Positions 1 to 12,360 are shown, counted from the first letter of the stretch. The stretch: 64,000 bases of DNA from Octopus vulgaris (GCA_951406725.2 OX597814.1:145514001-145578000); one strand, 5' to 3'. The notes: generated by a model from the letters alone, not told the origin. Made by a program: numbers and translations.

Positions 1-318
1 TTCTTTTCTGCGCTATTTACGAACGATATTGTACCTGAAGTTGATGATATAACAATGTCTATTATATTTCTGTCACGTAGTTCGATTTTTAACATTCGTC
101 TATTTCATACGGCGTACCATTTTCTAATTTTTTAATATCTATTTTTGTTTGTTGTATCAGTTTTATACGCATTAAGTACCTTAATGCTATAATTTTATGA
201 TTTCGGCAAGTAAATCTGTTTCCTTCGATATGAATGCGTTTGTGTATGTAAGCATGTATGTATATACACAAAGCGGTATACATTTAATTAATATTATGTA
301 TATTGCCGTTGCGTTTGT

Positions 319-332
319 TGCTGTTGTTGTTG

Positions 333-408
<76 letters not shown>

Positions 409-410
409 CA
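319..410. repeat. (GTT)n-(ATT)n microsatellite
   Basis: Perfect trinucleotide runs; source of the poly-I ORFs. Confidence 0.95.
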
Positions 411-1560
411 TTTGCAAATGTATTTACTTTTATTTCTTAACTTTTTAGAGTACTTTTAATTTTATTGTATGCATTCACAGCGCAGTTGTGTGCGCCTTGG
501 GCACGAGAGCAACATTTTGTTTTGGTTTTGTGCGTTCTATTGTATTGAAATACATGCAGGAAATAAGTCACCGGAAATGGCGCTACCTTCCCGATCGCAC
601 ATCCAAATAATACATGTTCATATATATTTTTTTTTTAATACAAAAAAATGTACTTTTGTCATTATCTTTGTATTTAATGCATCTGCAGGCATTCACATGG
701 TAGTCTTTGTAGGATTTAATTTACATTTCAGTAATGTGTTCTTTTTTTTTAAAGTTATTTGTTAGAATAAACAGATTTGGAATTGGAAGAAATCTATACA
801 ATAGAAATTGGAAGAAGTCTATACAATAAGTAAGCAGTACTTGCTAGTACTATTTTCTGTATGTTGTGCAAATTTATTAGTCCTGGTGTTTTTCTTATGT
901 ATTTGCCTGCATGTTTTGTTATCATGCCATGGTACTTCTAAACTTTTTCCATTTCTGATTATGTTTACTTCAAAATTTTAGAATTTAACTACACCATTCT
1001 TCTTGAGAGATATGTACACTATAAATGTTTTGAGGTAATGCTTCGAATAAGGCATCCTTTCTTGTTCTTGAAAGTAATAGCCGACCAATTAGACAGGATT
1101 TCTCTCAGAATTTTGAATTGTATATCACATAGTATATTATAAAATTTTATAGCATGTTTTCTGGTGCATGTAAATACTATCACATTTCGGTTGGACATTC
1201 GTAATATTAGCGTAACTTCCAGGGCATAAAATCTGAAATCTGTCATGCATGTAGATATCTTTTAATTTGCTACAACTGGATAACTAGAAATATTGTAGTG
1301 AATTGTTTCTTTCAAGTCCTCACGCATTATTCGGTTGCTTAATATATTCTGCCTCAATACATGCTTTTACCGTGGTTTCTGGTTGATTTTATGCCACAAT
1401 TAAGAGTCATTCACTTTCAGATTCGACTCCTGTGCTTGTTTACCCAGAGTTGCGATTTCTCTTTGTCTGTTTACATTCCTTTTCCTTGTATCAAATACTG
1501 AATAATTTCTATGTAAGGCACTTACCTTGACACCACTTTAACATAGCATTCTCTTGTCCC
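411..1560 (-). mobile_element. Degenerate R4/Dong-like LINE, 3' part (zinc knuckle, REL endonuclease, 3' UTR)
   Basis: Minus strand ~830-930 reads GMITKHAGKYIRKTPGLINLHNIQKIVLASTAY, matching the copy at 3101-3325. ORF 1019-1246 ILCDIQFKILREILSNWSAITFKNKKGCLI is a decayed ILWD..RPDI..CLLID. The 3' UTR motif gcgcagttgtgtgcgccttggg (~480) matches ~3047. Confidence 0.75.
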
Positions 1561-2049
1561 ATTTTAAAGTTAAATTTTATATCTTTTTCGTTATTGCGAT
1601 GGTTGGTTATCCTATCTTTTCTCGTCTACGGGCTTGTCCATACATCTGTAGATTTCTCCGCAGACCTGCGCAAAACCTTTTCAATAATATTGGCACTTGC
1701 CAATTCATGCAAGTTTTCCCTCTACAGTGTAGAGTCTAAAAAATATCGATACATAACCGAAGGAAGGACTTTGATCGAGAGAACTTAGCATCAGTGTCAT
1801 CCCACACATTGATGACAAAATGCAAAAAGTCAGAGAAAATACTTCAAGTCATATATCGAAGCCCTCGAAATAGTTCTGTCGATCTACCATTTTGGATTGA
1901 TAACATCTTTATCGAACACAAAGAAACAATAGGCAAAGTTGACTTCGGCAGGAAGTAGAAAAAAAAAATCTCGCGATGTACTCCTACTACAAAGATTTAA
2001 CGACTCAGCTAAATTCCCGTTTTCCTCAACTCAGACTCACTTTCATCTT

Positions 2050-2400
2050 TATTATCTTCCATCCTTGAAGACAGAAAAAAGTGGGTATTTTTTTCGTGTT
2101 TTCTTAGTTTTTTCTTATTCTTTAGTAGATATTCTTCTAGCGCTACAAAAATATCTGTTGGAATCTTTTGCAAAATACTCTGTGAATATTTTATAGTATT
2201 CATCTAAATGACCTACCTCTGTGTTCGGGGAATAAACAGTCGTTTCCATGTCAATATTTGAATGTTGTTGTCTAAATGTAATCCTTATTTTCTGTACTCA
2301 AGTGTCTAGTTTTGCTAGTTCTCTTTCCGTCCAACTGTGACTATAACTTATTGATGAAACACTTTGGAAAGAATTGATGTATTTTCCTAATTCATCAATC
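2050..2400 (-). mobile_element. Degenerate R4/Dong-like LINE fragment (post-RT region)
   Basis: Minus strand reads WTERELAKLDT*VQKI...HSNIDME/RLFIPEHRGR, a decayed WT..EL..LDRKTRK...HP.SD..RLY....GGRG. Confidence 0.65.
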
Positions 2401-2448
2401 TAATATCTCTCTAATATTCCTATATAACGGTTTCTTTCGTTTATGCGT

Positions 2449-2469
2449 ATAATAATAATAATAATGATG

Positions 2470-2514
<45 letters not shown>
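2449..2514. repeat. (TAA)n microsatellite
   Basis: Direct reading. Confidence 0.95.
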
Positions 2515-2518
<4 letters not shown>

Positions 2519-2526
2519 TTATTAAT

Positions 2527-2725
2527 CATGCTTGCTGGCAGAATCGTTACCACGCCGGACATAATGGTTAGAGACATTGCTTCAGGCTCTTTATGATTTG
2601 AGTTCAAATTCCGCTGAGGTCGACTGTACTCTTTACCCTTACTCCATCAATAAAACATGCACCACTTGAGCACTGATTTGAATATAATCGACGAATACCA
2701 CTCACAAATTTCATGCTTTGTACCT
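2527..2725 (+). mobile_element. tRNA-derived SINE family A, diverged copy
   Basis: ctggcagaatcgtt (A-box-like), gagttcaaattcc (B-box), gaggtcgact central domain. Confidence 0.75.
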
Positions 2726-2741
2726 GTTGTTGTTATCATTA

Positions 2742-2949
2742 CTGAGCTGCTAAAATCGGTATAGTGTCGGACCAAATGCTTCGCGGAATTTCGTCCGTCT
2801 TTACCTTCTGATTACAAATTCGGCCGAAGTCATCTTTGCGTTTCGTCATTTCGGATTCGATGAAATAAGTATCGGTCGACCAGAGGAGGGGGGGATATTA
2901 TTGATTATACTCCATAAAAGTTTCAGGCTTTGTGATTTTAGTAGAAAGG

Positions 2950-3003
<54 letters not shown>
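2742..3003 (+). mobile_element. SINE family A with tail A ending agtagaaagg(ATT)n
   Basis: Homologous to other family A copies; ends in an (ATT)n tail at 2950-3003. Confidence 0.75.
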
Positions 3004-3006
<3 letters not shown>

Positions 3007-3378
3007 TAGTATATTTTTTATATCGTGCTTTCACTTCACTACCGAGTGCAGTTCTGTGTGCCTTGGGTATGTGCTGTGATTTGTTGTGATGCTCTGATGG
3101 TTATTGTATGGAAAGTGTTCTGCGTAGGATGTGTGCAGTGCCTAGTAGTGCAATTTTCTGTATGTTATATGTGTTTGTAAGTCCTGGTGTTTTTGTTATG
3201 CATTTGTCTGAACATTTTTTTATCATGCCTAATGCACCTATTATGATAGGAATTGTTTCTGTTTTTAGATTCCACATTCTGGTTACCTCTACTTCCAGGT
3301 CTTTGTATTTTGAAAGTTTCTCCATTTCTTATAGAGACGCGTTGTCATCCGCTGGTATTGATACATCAATTAGAAAAC

Positions 3379-3380
<2 letters not shown>
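3004..3380 (-). mobile_element. 5'-truncated R4/Dong-like LINE 3' end, (ATT)n on both sides
   Basis: LIDVSIPADD...EKLSKYKDLEVEVTRMWNLKTETIPIIIGALG...IQKIALLGTAHILRR is a REL endonuclease C-terminus; microsatellites at 2950-3003 and 3381-3438. Confidence 0.9.
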
Positions 3381-3438
<58 letters not shown>

Positions 3439-4220
3439 GAATTATGAAAGACTCTCGGATAGTTCTTAATTACCGGTTATTCTTTACCTGAAAGCAAGCA
3501 ATAACAAATCACCAAAGGTTTCAAGTAGTGGCTTCTCATGTAACTCAAAGAGACAATACTCACCTTAGAATGCGAGCTGTACCCAATAATGCTGTCTTCT
3601 GGATCCCCTTGAGCATGACAGCAGTTCTAATATTCATAATATGTTTTTCAAAGCCCTTGACAACTGCTCTTAATGCTCCAATTATCACCAATATCATCAT
3701 TACTTTCCTCATGCCCCATAACTTTCCTATCTCGTTCCGCGGTGGCTGGTATTTCTCAATCTCTTCTATTTTCTTACATTTAACCCTCGAATCACCTGGT
3801 ATTGCAACATCTATTATCTTTACTTCTTTTTCGTCTTTATAGATGAGCACGATATCTGGTCGTCTCACCTCTATGACTTGGTTGACCTGCATGTTAAAAT
3901 CCCAGAGAATTTTGTAATGTTCGTTTTCAATTACTTGCTCTGGCTTGTGTTCATACCATTGTTCGGCTCTCTCGAGGTTCGCTTTATCGCCAGTGGACAT
4001 ATTTGGCCACATTCTCGTGTCTTCATTTGTATTTCGTTCATCTGTCTCGCAATTCTCCTGTGCAGAGCTGTCAAGTTTTTAAGCCCAAAACCCTGAACTC
4101 CTGCACGTATCTCTAATCATCTCCTCGGTTATTTTCTAATTCTCCTGCTGATACTCGACAGTCTCCTCTTTGAGTGTCTTTAACCACTCTGCTTCAGTTT
4201 CGTGTTGTTTCTCCTGAGAC
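3439..4220 (-). mobile_element. R4/Dong-like LINE 3' fragment, second family
   Basis: ORF 3560-4012: WYEHKPEQVIENEHYKILWDF...RRPDIVLI...IIDVAIPGDSRV...KIEEIEKY...IQKTALLGTARILR (PD-(D/E)xK REL motifs). Confidence 0.9.
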
Positions 4221-4224
4221 CAAT

Positions 4225-4252
4225 TTTTGGCCTTATGCCATTAGTAGAAAGG

Positions 4253-4318
<66 letters not shown>
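4225..4318 (+). repeat. SINE A tail remnant plus (ATT)n
   Basis: ggccttatgccattagtagaaagg followed by (ATT)n. Confidence 0.7.
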
Positions 4319-4320
<2 letters not shown>

Positions 4321-4679
4321 GGATATTTTGGCAGTGTTATCATAATTAGTTACTCTTCATTGTGGTGTAACCTCTTTTACTGGCTGCAGTTTGTGTCAAC
4401 TGCCGAGAATCTTCATATCAATCCTGTCATTCACTTTTGCAAGTTGTTATCCAAAAGCCTTACCTTTTCTGTCCAATCACCATAATACTAAAACTCTTGT
4501 TCTTAACAACCTTGGTTATCTCTATCGCAAAAAGGTATCTATTTCTTACAAAACTACTACCACTAAGAACAATATATGCAACTACAAACCAGTGACAGTG
4601 CTTCTATGTGGTCGAGGGATCTAACAGAAGTAGCATGACCTTCCTCAAATTATCCAATTTCGCTAGAAATTGCAACCTC

Positions 4680-5371
4680 GGACCTTTGTGTTTATCGTCA
4701 CTGTCGACAATTTTGTTCCATTTGTTTTCAAGTTTCACATATAGATTAAGCTTTGTATACTAATTATGAAAAAGAAATTCATTTTATCTATAAATTCATA
4801 ATTAATTCGAGTTAATTAGTCATTAAAATTTGCAAAATTTGGGTATTTTAACCAATTAGTAACGCGTATTTTACACATCACCGTGAAGTTCTGTATGTAT
4901 ATTAAGCAAAGAAACACCACGTGCTCCATAGCTCATTACGAAGAATTCTGTTTCCATAGTTACCAAAGATGCTGCGTATGCGCACAAGTAGTGTAACCGC
5001 CACGTATCCTATAATTGTCTGTAGTCATAACAGTAGGAACTCGATAGTGTATTGCAAAGTTTCGTTCTCTATTTTTTTTAAAACTAATACATGTCTTTTA
5101 AGCAATGTTTTGACTGTTATTTCTAGCAACTCCTGTTGGTTTGCTCGTAGTTTTCAAATATTTAATTTGCTCGCGAATGTGTTAATGTTCTCTGATAGTT
5201 TGAGAATTCTGAAAAATTATCAAACTTTGAACACCTGTAACATTTTCGCAATTCTTTTTCTGGAATAAATGAATTACAAATCCGAACTTAGCGTCAAAAA
5301 TTACATCTATATGATACATTAAATATTTTTTTAAAGATTTCGACATGTGGTAATGATAAACGCAAAGATCC
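4680..5371. mobile_element. MITE with ~30-bp imperfect TIRs and degenerate 8-bp TSD (Merlin-like)
   Basis: Left ggacctttgtgtttatcgtcac..tgtcga; right reverse complement ggatctttgcgtttatcattaccacatgtcga; flanks gcaacctc / gcatccac (6/8). Confidence 0.7.
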
Positions 5372-5564
5372 GCATCCACTTCACCCTCAGATCTTTTTTT
5401 ATAAAACTGGATAATATTGTTCTGCTTACACAGTCTTTGTAAAAAAGAAACCGTCATGATGGGCATGCCACGAATACCTTTACTCATGGGTATGTTTGAC
5501 CGAGAGCTGATACAGTGCTAAACTGCTAACAAAATAACAAGAACAAGAACATGAACAGCAATAC

Positions 5565-5565
5565 C

Positions 5566-5597
<32 letters not shown>

Positions 5598-5612
5598 CAC
5601 GACCACGACCAC
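5565..5612. repeat. (GAC)n/(GACCAC)n microsatellite
   Basis: Direct reading. Confidence 0.9.
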
Positions 5613-6100
5613 CAACAACAACGATTACGTGTCCAAGAAGTATTAAACATATCACTATCTACAGCAAAATCCACCAACAGCACAGTCAACAAAGGTAACA
5701 TCATCATTCAGTGATGCACTGGTCCGTCCATCCGTCCCTCCCTCCATACTAACATTATTACCACACGAAAAAGAATTGTACCAACACTGACTTAAAACTT
5801 CACTGCATGTGTAGTACATAACATCTTTTTATTCAGTTCAAACGATCGCTACAAGGTCAAAATTATCACCAAGCTGTTTATTTTGTCAATTTTACTTTCT
5901 TTTGTTGAGACATTTACACAAACATTCATTTATAGGAAAAGTAATAATTAGTCAAATTTCCATATAGAGCACACACACGCATACACACATACTCTTTTTA
6001 TCTCCCTCTGTCTCTCTCTGTCTCTCTCTCTCTCTCTCTCAAAAACCGGCGTATATATATATGTATATGTGTGTGTATTATATATATATACACATATATA

Positions 6101-6358
6101 GCTTTTACTTGTTTCAGTCATTTGACTTTGGCCATGCTAGAGCACCGCCTTTAGTCGAGAAAATCGACTCCAGAACTTATTCTTTGTAAGCCTAGTATTT
6201 ATTCTATCGGCCTCCTTTTCCGAACCGCTAAATTACGGGGACGTAAACACACCAGCATCGGTTGCCAAGCGATGTTGGGGGGACAAACACAGACACACAA
6301 ACATACACACACACACACATATATATACATATATTCGACGGTCTTCTTTCAGTTTCCG
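6101..6358 (-). mobile_element. SINE family C (CORE-like), 3' half with internal TG/TA microsatellite
   Basis: Minus strand ggaaactgaaagaagaccgtcg...tgactgaaacaagtaaaag overlaps the end of the head copy at 35434 and the tail piece at ~45465. Confidence 0.75.
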
Positions 6359-6398
6359 CATCTCTCTCTCTCTCTCTCTTTCTATATATATATATATG

Positions 6399-6429
<31 letters not shown>

Positions 6430-6747
6430 ATCAAGATATGTATGTACGTATGTATGTATGTATGTATCTATATACCTATGCATGTATGTATGTGTGTATG
6501 TATGTATGTATCTGTGTATGTACATGTATATGTGTGTGTGTATAATACATATATATTATATTGTAAATAAATGTGTACACTCATATGTAAGTACATGAGT
6601 GGACATACAAACGGACAAGGGGCACGAGCGCACTCTATGCACAAATAGACAAATATACAGAAATACAGACACTCGTATTAATCTTTGTTAGCTTATCACT
6701 CAAACTGGGGAGCGTGACGAGAAATCCATCATTATTACGTTGTGAGT

Positions 6748-6825
6748 ACTGTTCCCACCTCACATCCAATTTCATGGTCTGCCACACTTTTTTGTTACCT
6801 AAAACAGATTCGTCATCAGAGCAGT
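6748..6825 (-). ncRNA. Degenerate hammerhead ribozyme-like motif (probable Penelope-like LTR remnant)
   Basis: actgct-CTGATGA-long stem II (tctgtt/ggcaga)-GAAA...aacagt; flanks resemble those of the 36038 motif; no clear cleavage triplet. Confidence 0.4.
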
Positions 6826-7640
6826 CCATTCTGTACATAATAGGTGAATACATACATATATACACACGTACAAAATACATACACAGATATATATGTGCGT
6901 GTGTGTGTCTGTGTGTGTGTATTAGTAATGATCTTTCTGTCATAATTAACTGGCAATGTTGAAAACCTCTGAGCAATAATTTGTTTTCACACTTTCGTAA
7001 ATAAGTGCTTGTTGTTAATTTTCCGATCTCCAGTCGTCGTTGTCTCTGTAACAGTTCATGTTATCCTTATTAAAGAATTAATAACTGAATTTATAGATAC
7101 AAATGATCAGGGCAAATCTTTTCCCAGGTCAGTAACTTTTACTAGTGTTCTAAGGGTTTTGCTCATGACCTTTCTAGCCCACTTCCACCATAAGACTGGT
7201 GAGACCGATACAGTTGATGTTTTACGAATTTATTGTTAGCATGGCTCATTGTTTTCATCTGTGGATAATCCATCCATGCTCACTATCAGCAAACAAATAT
7301 ACAATAATAAATCAGTGTGTGACCATCAATTGCTATTTGTTTGTGCCACTGAATTGCTGCATATAAAAGCAAGTGAGGAAATAAAACGACTTGAACAATA
7401 ACCAATGACTGAGATTTGGTGCATGTGCGTGACTAGCATATCAGAAATCCTTTCTTTCACTGAACACACTTGGTATCCTTGAAGTGACCCAAGTTAAGTT
7501 GACAAGTATATCTTTCATTATAGAGTAGAGTATTTGTTGAAAAACGCTCAGCCATTACATTAAAAAAAAAAAATGAAACTGAAATTTTGGAGAAAATATA
7601 GAAAAAAATCATAATTCATGTAATTGAAATAAAAGGTATT

Positions 7641-7979
7641 GGATCTTTTCCCTATTTTCAAATACACTCGTTTATTCATACAAACGTAACTGAGATGAAA
7701 TATGTGATGAATAAAAGTGACAAACGAAATATACACCGCCGATAGTTGTTGACAAACAAAGGCAATAATTTTATTCACCTGAATACATGTCATTGATTGG
7801 TTGAAATTACCGAAATACGACAACTCTAACACGAAATAACTTTGAAACTAGAAACTTTTCTCAACAATACCAAGAGTAAAAGATGTTTTATATGACACAT
7901 TCTACCAGTGTCCGAAGTTTGAAAGTGTTTAGTTACAAAAAATTAATTTCTCGATCTGCCGTTCATAGGGAAAAGATCC
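7641..7979. mobile_element. 339-bp MITE with perfect 15-bp TIRs and 8-bp TSD (Merlin-like)
   Basis: ggatcttttccctat (7641-7655) / atagggaaaagatcc (7965-7979); flanks aaggtatt / caggtatt (7/8). Confidence 0.85.
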
Positions 7980-8040
7980 CAGGTATTTGTTGATCCATAG
8001 AACTACAAAAAATTGCAAACAGGGGAGAATCGATGAAATA

Positions 8041-8182
8041 TCATTTCTACTATAGGCACAAGGTATCTATTTCATCGACCCCGAAAGGATGAAAAGTAAA
8101 ATCGATTGCGGTGGAATTTGAATTCAGTTCGTAAAGAAGGACGAAAGGCAGCTAAGCATTTCGTCCGGCGTACTAACGATTC
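8041..8182 (-). mobile_element. SINE family A
   Basis: Reverse complement of family A: catcgaccccgaaaggatgaaa...ggaatttgaattcag...ctaagcatttcgtccggcg. Confidence 0.8.
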
Positions 8183-8654
8183 TTATATTATTCACTCTTA
8201 TAGAAATTAAGTTTTATTTGCACGCTTACTCGCAACATATGTTACGAGAATATTATATTCAGTACATAGTGCACATGCAGGATTACATTTAATAAGGAGT
8301 TGAATGCTTGTATATAACTGCAAGGTATGAGAAGATTTTTCTAATTGAGTTTTAGTATAGTACGACAGGGCAGATAACGTCTATTCTTCACATATTATTA
8401 CCGTTCAATTATGACGTTACGGAGATTCTAATTATGTAAGAAATACCATATTCCTAAGTCCTTATTTTGGAAACTTAAGTGGTTATATTCATTTATCTAT
8501 GATATGCATATACATACACACCCACACACATACATGCAAAAGGCTGTATAGATATATGTATGTATAACTGTATGCATGTATCTCTGTCTGTCTCTGGGTA
8601 GGCAAAGTGTGTGCGTGTGTGTGTGTATATTGTGTGCATGTGTGTGTATATTGT

Positions 8655-8701
<47 letters not shown>

Positions 8702-8989
8702 TGTGTGTGTGTGTCTCAGTAAGGTTGCCGATTAGCAGAGTCGGTAAGGAGATGGATAGAATGCGTTACAAGCTTCCTACGTATTCCGCACTCTCCTTCC
8801 CACACCTTTTGCAAGCTGATTCAGATATTACTCCGGTTAACTTTCCACCCTTCTGGCGACGATAAATAAATTAAATCTTGTCACATAGAGGATGCTCCGC
8901 ATGTGTCGGCCGCGTATCTGCTGAAAATTATTTGAACCTCTCAAATATTTAGCGACAACTAATATATGTATAAGTTATGCGGGAAGAAA

Positions 8990-9157
8990 TACTGAGCACC
9001 ATTTCGTCCGTCCTTACGTTCTGAGTTCAAATTCTGCCGAGGTCGACTTTGCCTGTCATCATTTCGGGGTCGAGGAAATAGGTACCAGTTATACACTGAG
9101 GTTGAGGTAATCAACTTAGTTCCTTCCCCGAAATTACCCTGTGCAAAATTTGAAGTT
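8990..9157 (+). mobile_element. SINE family A, 5'-truncated
   Basis: cgttctgagttcaaattctgccgaggtcgactttgcc...ggggtcga...gtaccagtt. Confidence 0.85.
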
Positions 9158-9270
9158 ATTTTATACAACGATGAATGAAACGTATGCTTCAATGATGAAT
9201 GAAGCATAGAAATTTCAAGGATTCCCTTAAATACTGAAAATCCCATATAATTATATGTAAGTACATATGC

Positions 9271-9618
9271 ATGACACTCCATCGGTTACGACGACGAGGG
9301 TTCCAGTTTATCCGATCAACAGAACAGTCTGCTCGTGAGATTAACGTGCAAGTGGCTGAGCAATCTACAGACACGTGTACCCTTAACATATTTCTCGGGG
9401 AGATTCAGAGTGATACAGAGTGGCCCTTTGAAATACAGGTACAACGGAAACAGAGTGAGAGAAGGTTGTGGTGAAAGAGTACAGCAGGGTTCACCACCAC
9501 CCGCTGCAGTGGAGCTTTAGGTGTTTTCGCTCAATAAGCACTCGTAACGCCCGGTCTGGGAATCGGAACCGCGATCCTACGACCGCGGGTCCGCTGCCCT
9601 ACCCAACTGGGTCATTGC
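9271..9618 (-). mobile_element. tRNA-derived SINE family B
   Basis: Minus-strand head gcaatgacccagttgggtagggcagcgg...ggttccgattcccagaccgggcg with A and B boxes; homologous to 24660-24950. Confidence 0.8.
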
Positions 9619-9629
9619 AATTCTATATA

Positions 9630-9689
<60 letters not shown>

Positions 9690-9774
9690 CCATTCAATTT
9701 GTATACATATATATATATGCATACATACATATACATATATTTCTTTTATTTCTTTTGTATATTTGAACTCAAAG

Positions 9775-10385
9775 TCTGTGGCCATGGGTGAGCACGGTCA
9801 ATGCAATTATCTTTTCTTTGGCCACTTTTCTCGGATTTGCTTTTGGTGAAACAGGAAGTTTATTGAGTTTATTGCCGTGCTATAGGTTTATCAGAGACCT
9901 TTGACAACAGGAGATCAAGTTGTTTTTTGAAAACAGCTACTCGTATTCCACGAATAGGCCTCAGATATTTAGGCAAAGTATTAAATAACTGTGAGCCCTT
10001 GAATCCCAAGCTATTGCAGTGTATGTTCCTCACTCAAGACGGAACAGCCGGGATTTTGGAGCAGTACAATGACGTCCAGTTCGAGTATTACTATTGCTCT
10101 TGATGCCAAAGTCTGGTGCTAACCCCTCCAGGATCCTACGTACGTTCACCACTGCACACCTCTCCCGTCTTCGCTTTAGGGAGTAGAGTCGGAGCTCTTT
10201 TAGTAGTTAAGCTGTTTCATCAATGCAATCTTCCAAATGTACCACAGCTAAACTACCTGAAGTTCCACTATTAATCTAACACTGTCGGTTGAGCAGAGTT
10301 GATAGCAGTAGTCGAGACAGCTCAGTACAAATGTCTTCCATAGAATCAGCGTAGTTTGCTGGTTCTTGGAAGTTTATTGGAATCC
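9775..10385 (-). mobile_element. CR1-group LINE, decayed 3' end of ORF2
   Basis: Minus strand LKELRLYSLKRRRERCAVVNVRRILEGLAPDFGI...CNSLGFKGSQLFNTLPKYLR...FKKQLDLLLSKV, typical CR1-group C-terminus. Confidence 0.8.
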
Positions 10386-10414
10386 ATCCGGCCATTTACT
10401 TGCACATTGCCATA

Positions 10415-10469
<55 letters not shown>

Positions 10470-11011
10470 ATTATATTGCGTGAAGACGTGTACATAAATA
10501 CCTATACATATATACATATGCACACTTAAATAAATACACACACACATACACACGTCATTGAAGATATTTTCCCTCGGACGAAAATCCACCAAATCACGCC
10601 TCACAGCAGTGTATATGGATTAGGTATGATACATAGATAACTATACATAGGTACTCATGTACACCGTATTTTTATTGTGCCCGTCTAAATGTATCTGATG
10701 CACTCGCGGGCCACTGAGCAGGCAGCTTTTGTCTCACTCTAATATATATTGTCTTTTTAATACAGTATGTCTTTGAAGAGTTTTCGTTTCACACGAAAAT
10801 CCCCCTCATCATGTTTCCAAATAACGTACATAGGTTTAGTATGATCCATAAACTGTTAGTTTAAACTGTTATTTCATTTGCATACATCTACATACAGAAA
10901 TGCACAGATACACGCAAACAAACACCACACATGTATAATTGTGGATATGTATATGTAATTATATAAATAATAGATATGTTTATTCATTTATACATACATA
11001 TACAAGTATAG

Positions 11012-11052
<41 letters not shown>

Positions 11053-11976
11053 TGTATGTGTATATATTTTGTAAAAATACAAGAAACAACGAATGTCAAT
11101 CCGCCTCCATTTATGTATAGCGCCGCCCCGCCTAGTTGAATTAGGAAGGCGTTGCCTGCGGGACTCCCTATTTATATCCTCAGAAAAAAAAATTAGGTTC
11201 AGTAGACCTTGTATAAAAATAACATACCAAGCCAACACATAAACGCCCCACCCACACACACATACACATACATGCACACATGCGCGCACGCATTACTAAT
11301 ATGTATGCGTACTGTATATATGTGTCAGTGGTGGGGACCAATTTTATTCATACCTACCTCATTAATAAGCTGATATAAAAAAAACCCAGTAAATATATAA
11401 TTCTACGTATCAACAATAAACATAAATAAATATGACAAATTACCAATTGATATTTCAATGATGTAGACATATCTGTTATAATTGGAAATTAGTGATAACA
11501 AATTGCAAAATAAAACCAATATGATAGTGTGAAGGGTGAAATCGAAAGTGACAGATGATAGCCAACATATTGTTTTAAATTGGAGTGACTTAGACGTACA
11601 CCATTCTAGGGTCGACGTAATATAGCTCGATGAATTACTGGAATCAATATAAGTTCTTAGATAAATTGGCCATGTGTTTAGGCGGAATAAATAATTGTAA
11701 ATACATCAGGGACTTGAACTTTCGTCGACACAACTGAATATTTAGTATGTAATAACCAGCTTGATGTCTACAATGTCCCTTTGCTCCTTTTCCCTGCAGA
11801 GTCGCAAGAAATTATCATTTTTATTTGTTAATTCTTGTAGGAATGACAGGTTCGAGAATAAGCTGCATTAGATGATTTAATGAAATTATATGACTGCTTT
11901 TTTCATTCCGATTTCGAATCTCACGGTGGTTGACTTTGAGATTTGTTTCCCCGAGAAGACAATTATCGTACTTGAA

Positions 11977-12360
11977 AAGGTGGCGAGCTGGCAGACTCGT
12001 TAGCACGAAGGACGAAATGCTTTGTGGTATTTCGTCTGCAGCTACGCTCTGAGTTCAAATTCCGCCGAGGTCGACTTTGCTTTTCATCCTTTCGGGGTCG
12101 ATTAAATAAGCACCAGTTACGACTTAATCTGTTTGTCTGTCCTTGTTTGTCCTCTCTGTGTTTAGCTCCTTGTGGGTAGTAAAGAAATAGGCATTTTGTC
12201 TGTCTTTATTTCTGAGTTCAAATTCCGCCAAGGTCGACTTTGTCTTTCATCCTTCCGGGGCCGATAAATTAAGTACCAGTTGCGTACTGGAGTCGATCTA
12301 ATTGACTGGCCCCATCCCCCAAAATTTCGGGCCTTGTACTTACAGTAGAGAAGAATTATA
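11977..12360 (+). mobile_element. Composite SINE A: tail-B unit followed by a headless tail-A unit
   Basis: Head, body, tail B (ccttgtttgtcctctctgtgtttagctccttgtgggtagtaaagaaata), then the sequence restarts at ggcattttgtctgtcttta and ends in tail A. Confidence 0.9.

Noticed and set aside
9545-9618. tRNA gene
   Set aside because: A and B boxes are present, but it continues into a SINE body shared with 24660-24950, so it is a SINE head.
10760-10815. Hairpin ttttcgt/acgaaaa with TGATGA on the minus strand
   Set aside because: GAAA box and stem I are missing; too decayed to call.
11100-11170. GC-box-like ccgccccgcc promoter patch
   Set aside because: Isolated motif between microsatellites with no associated gene.
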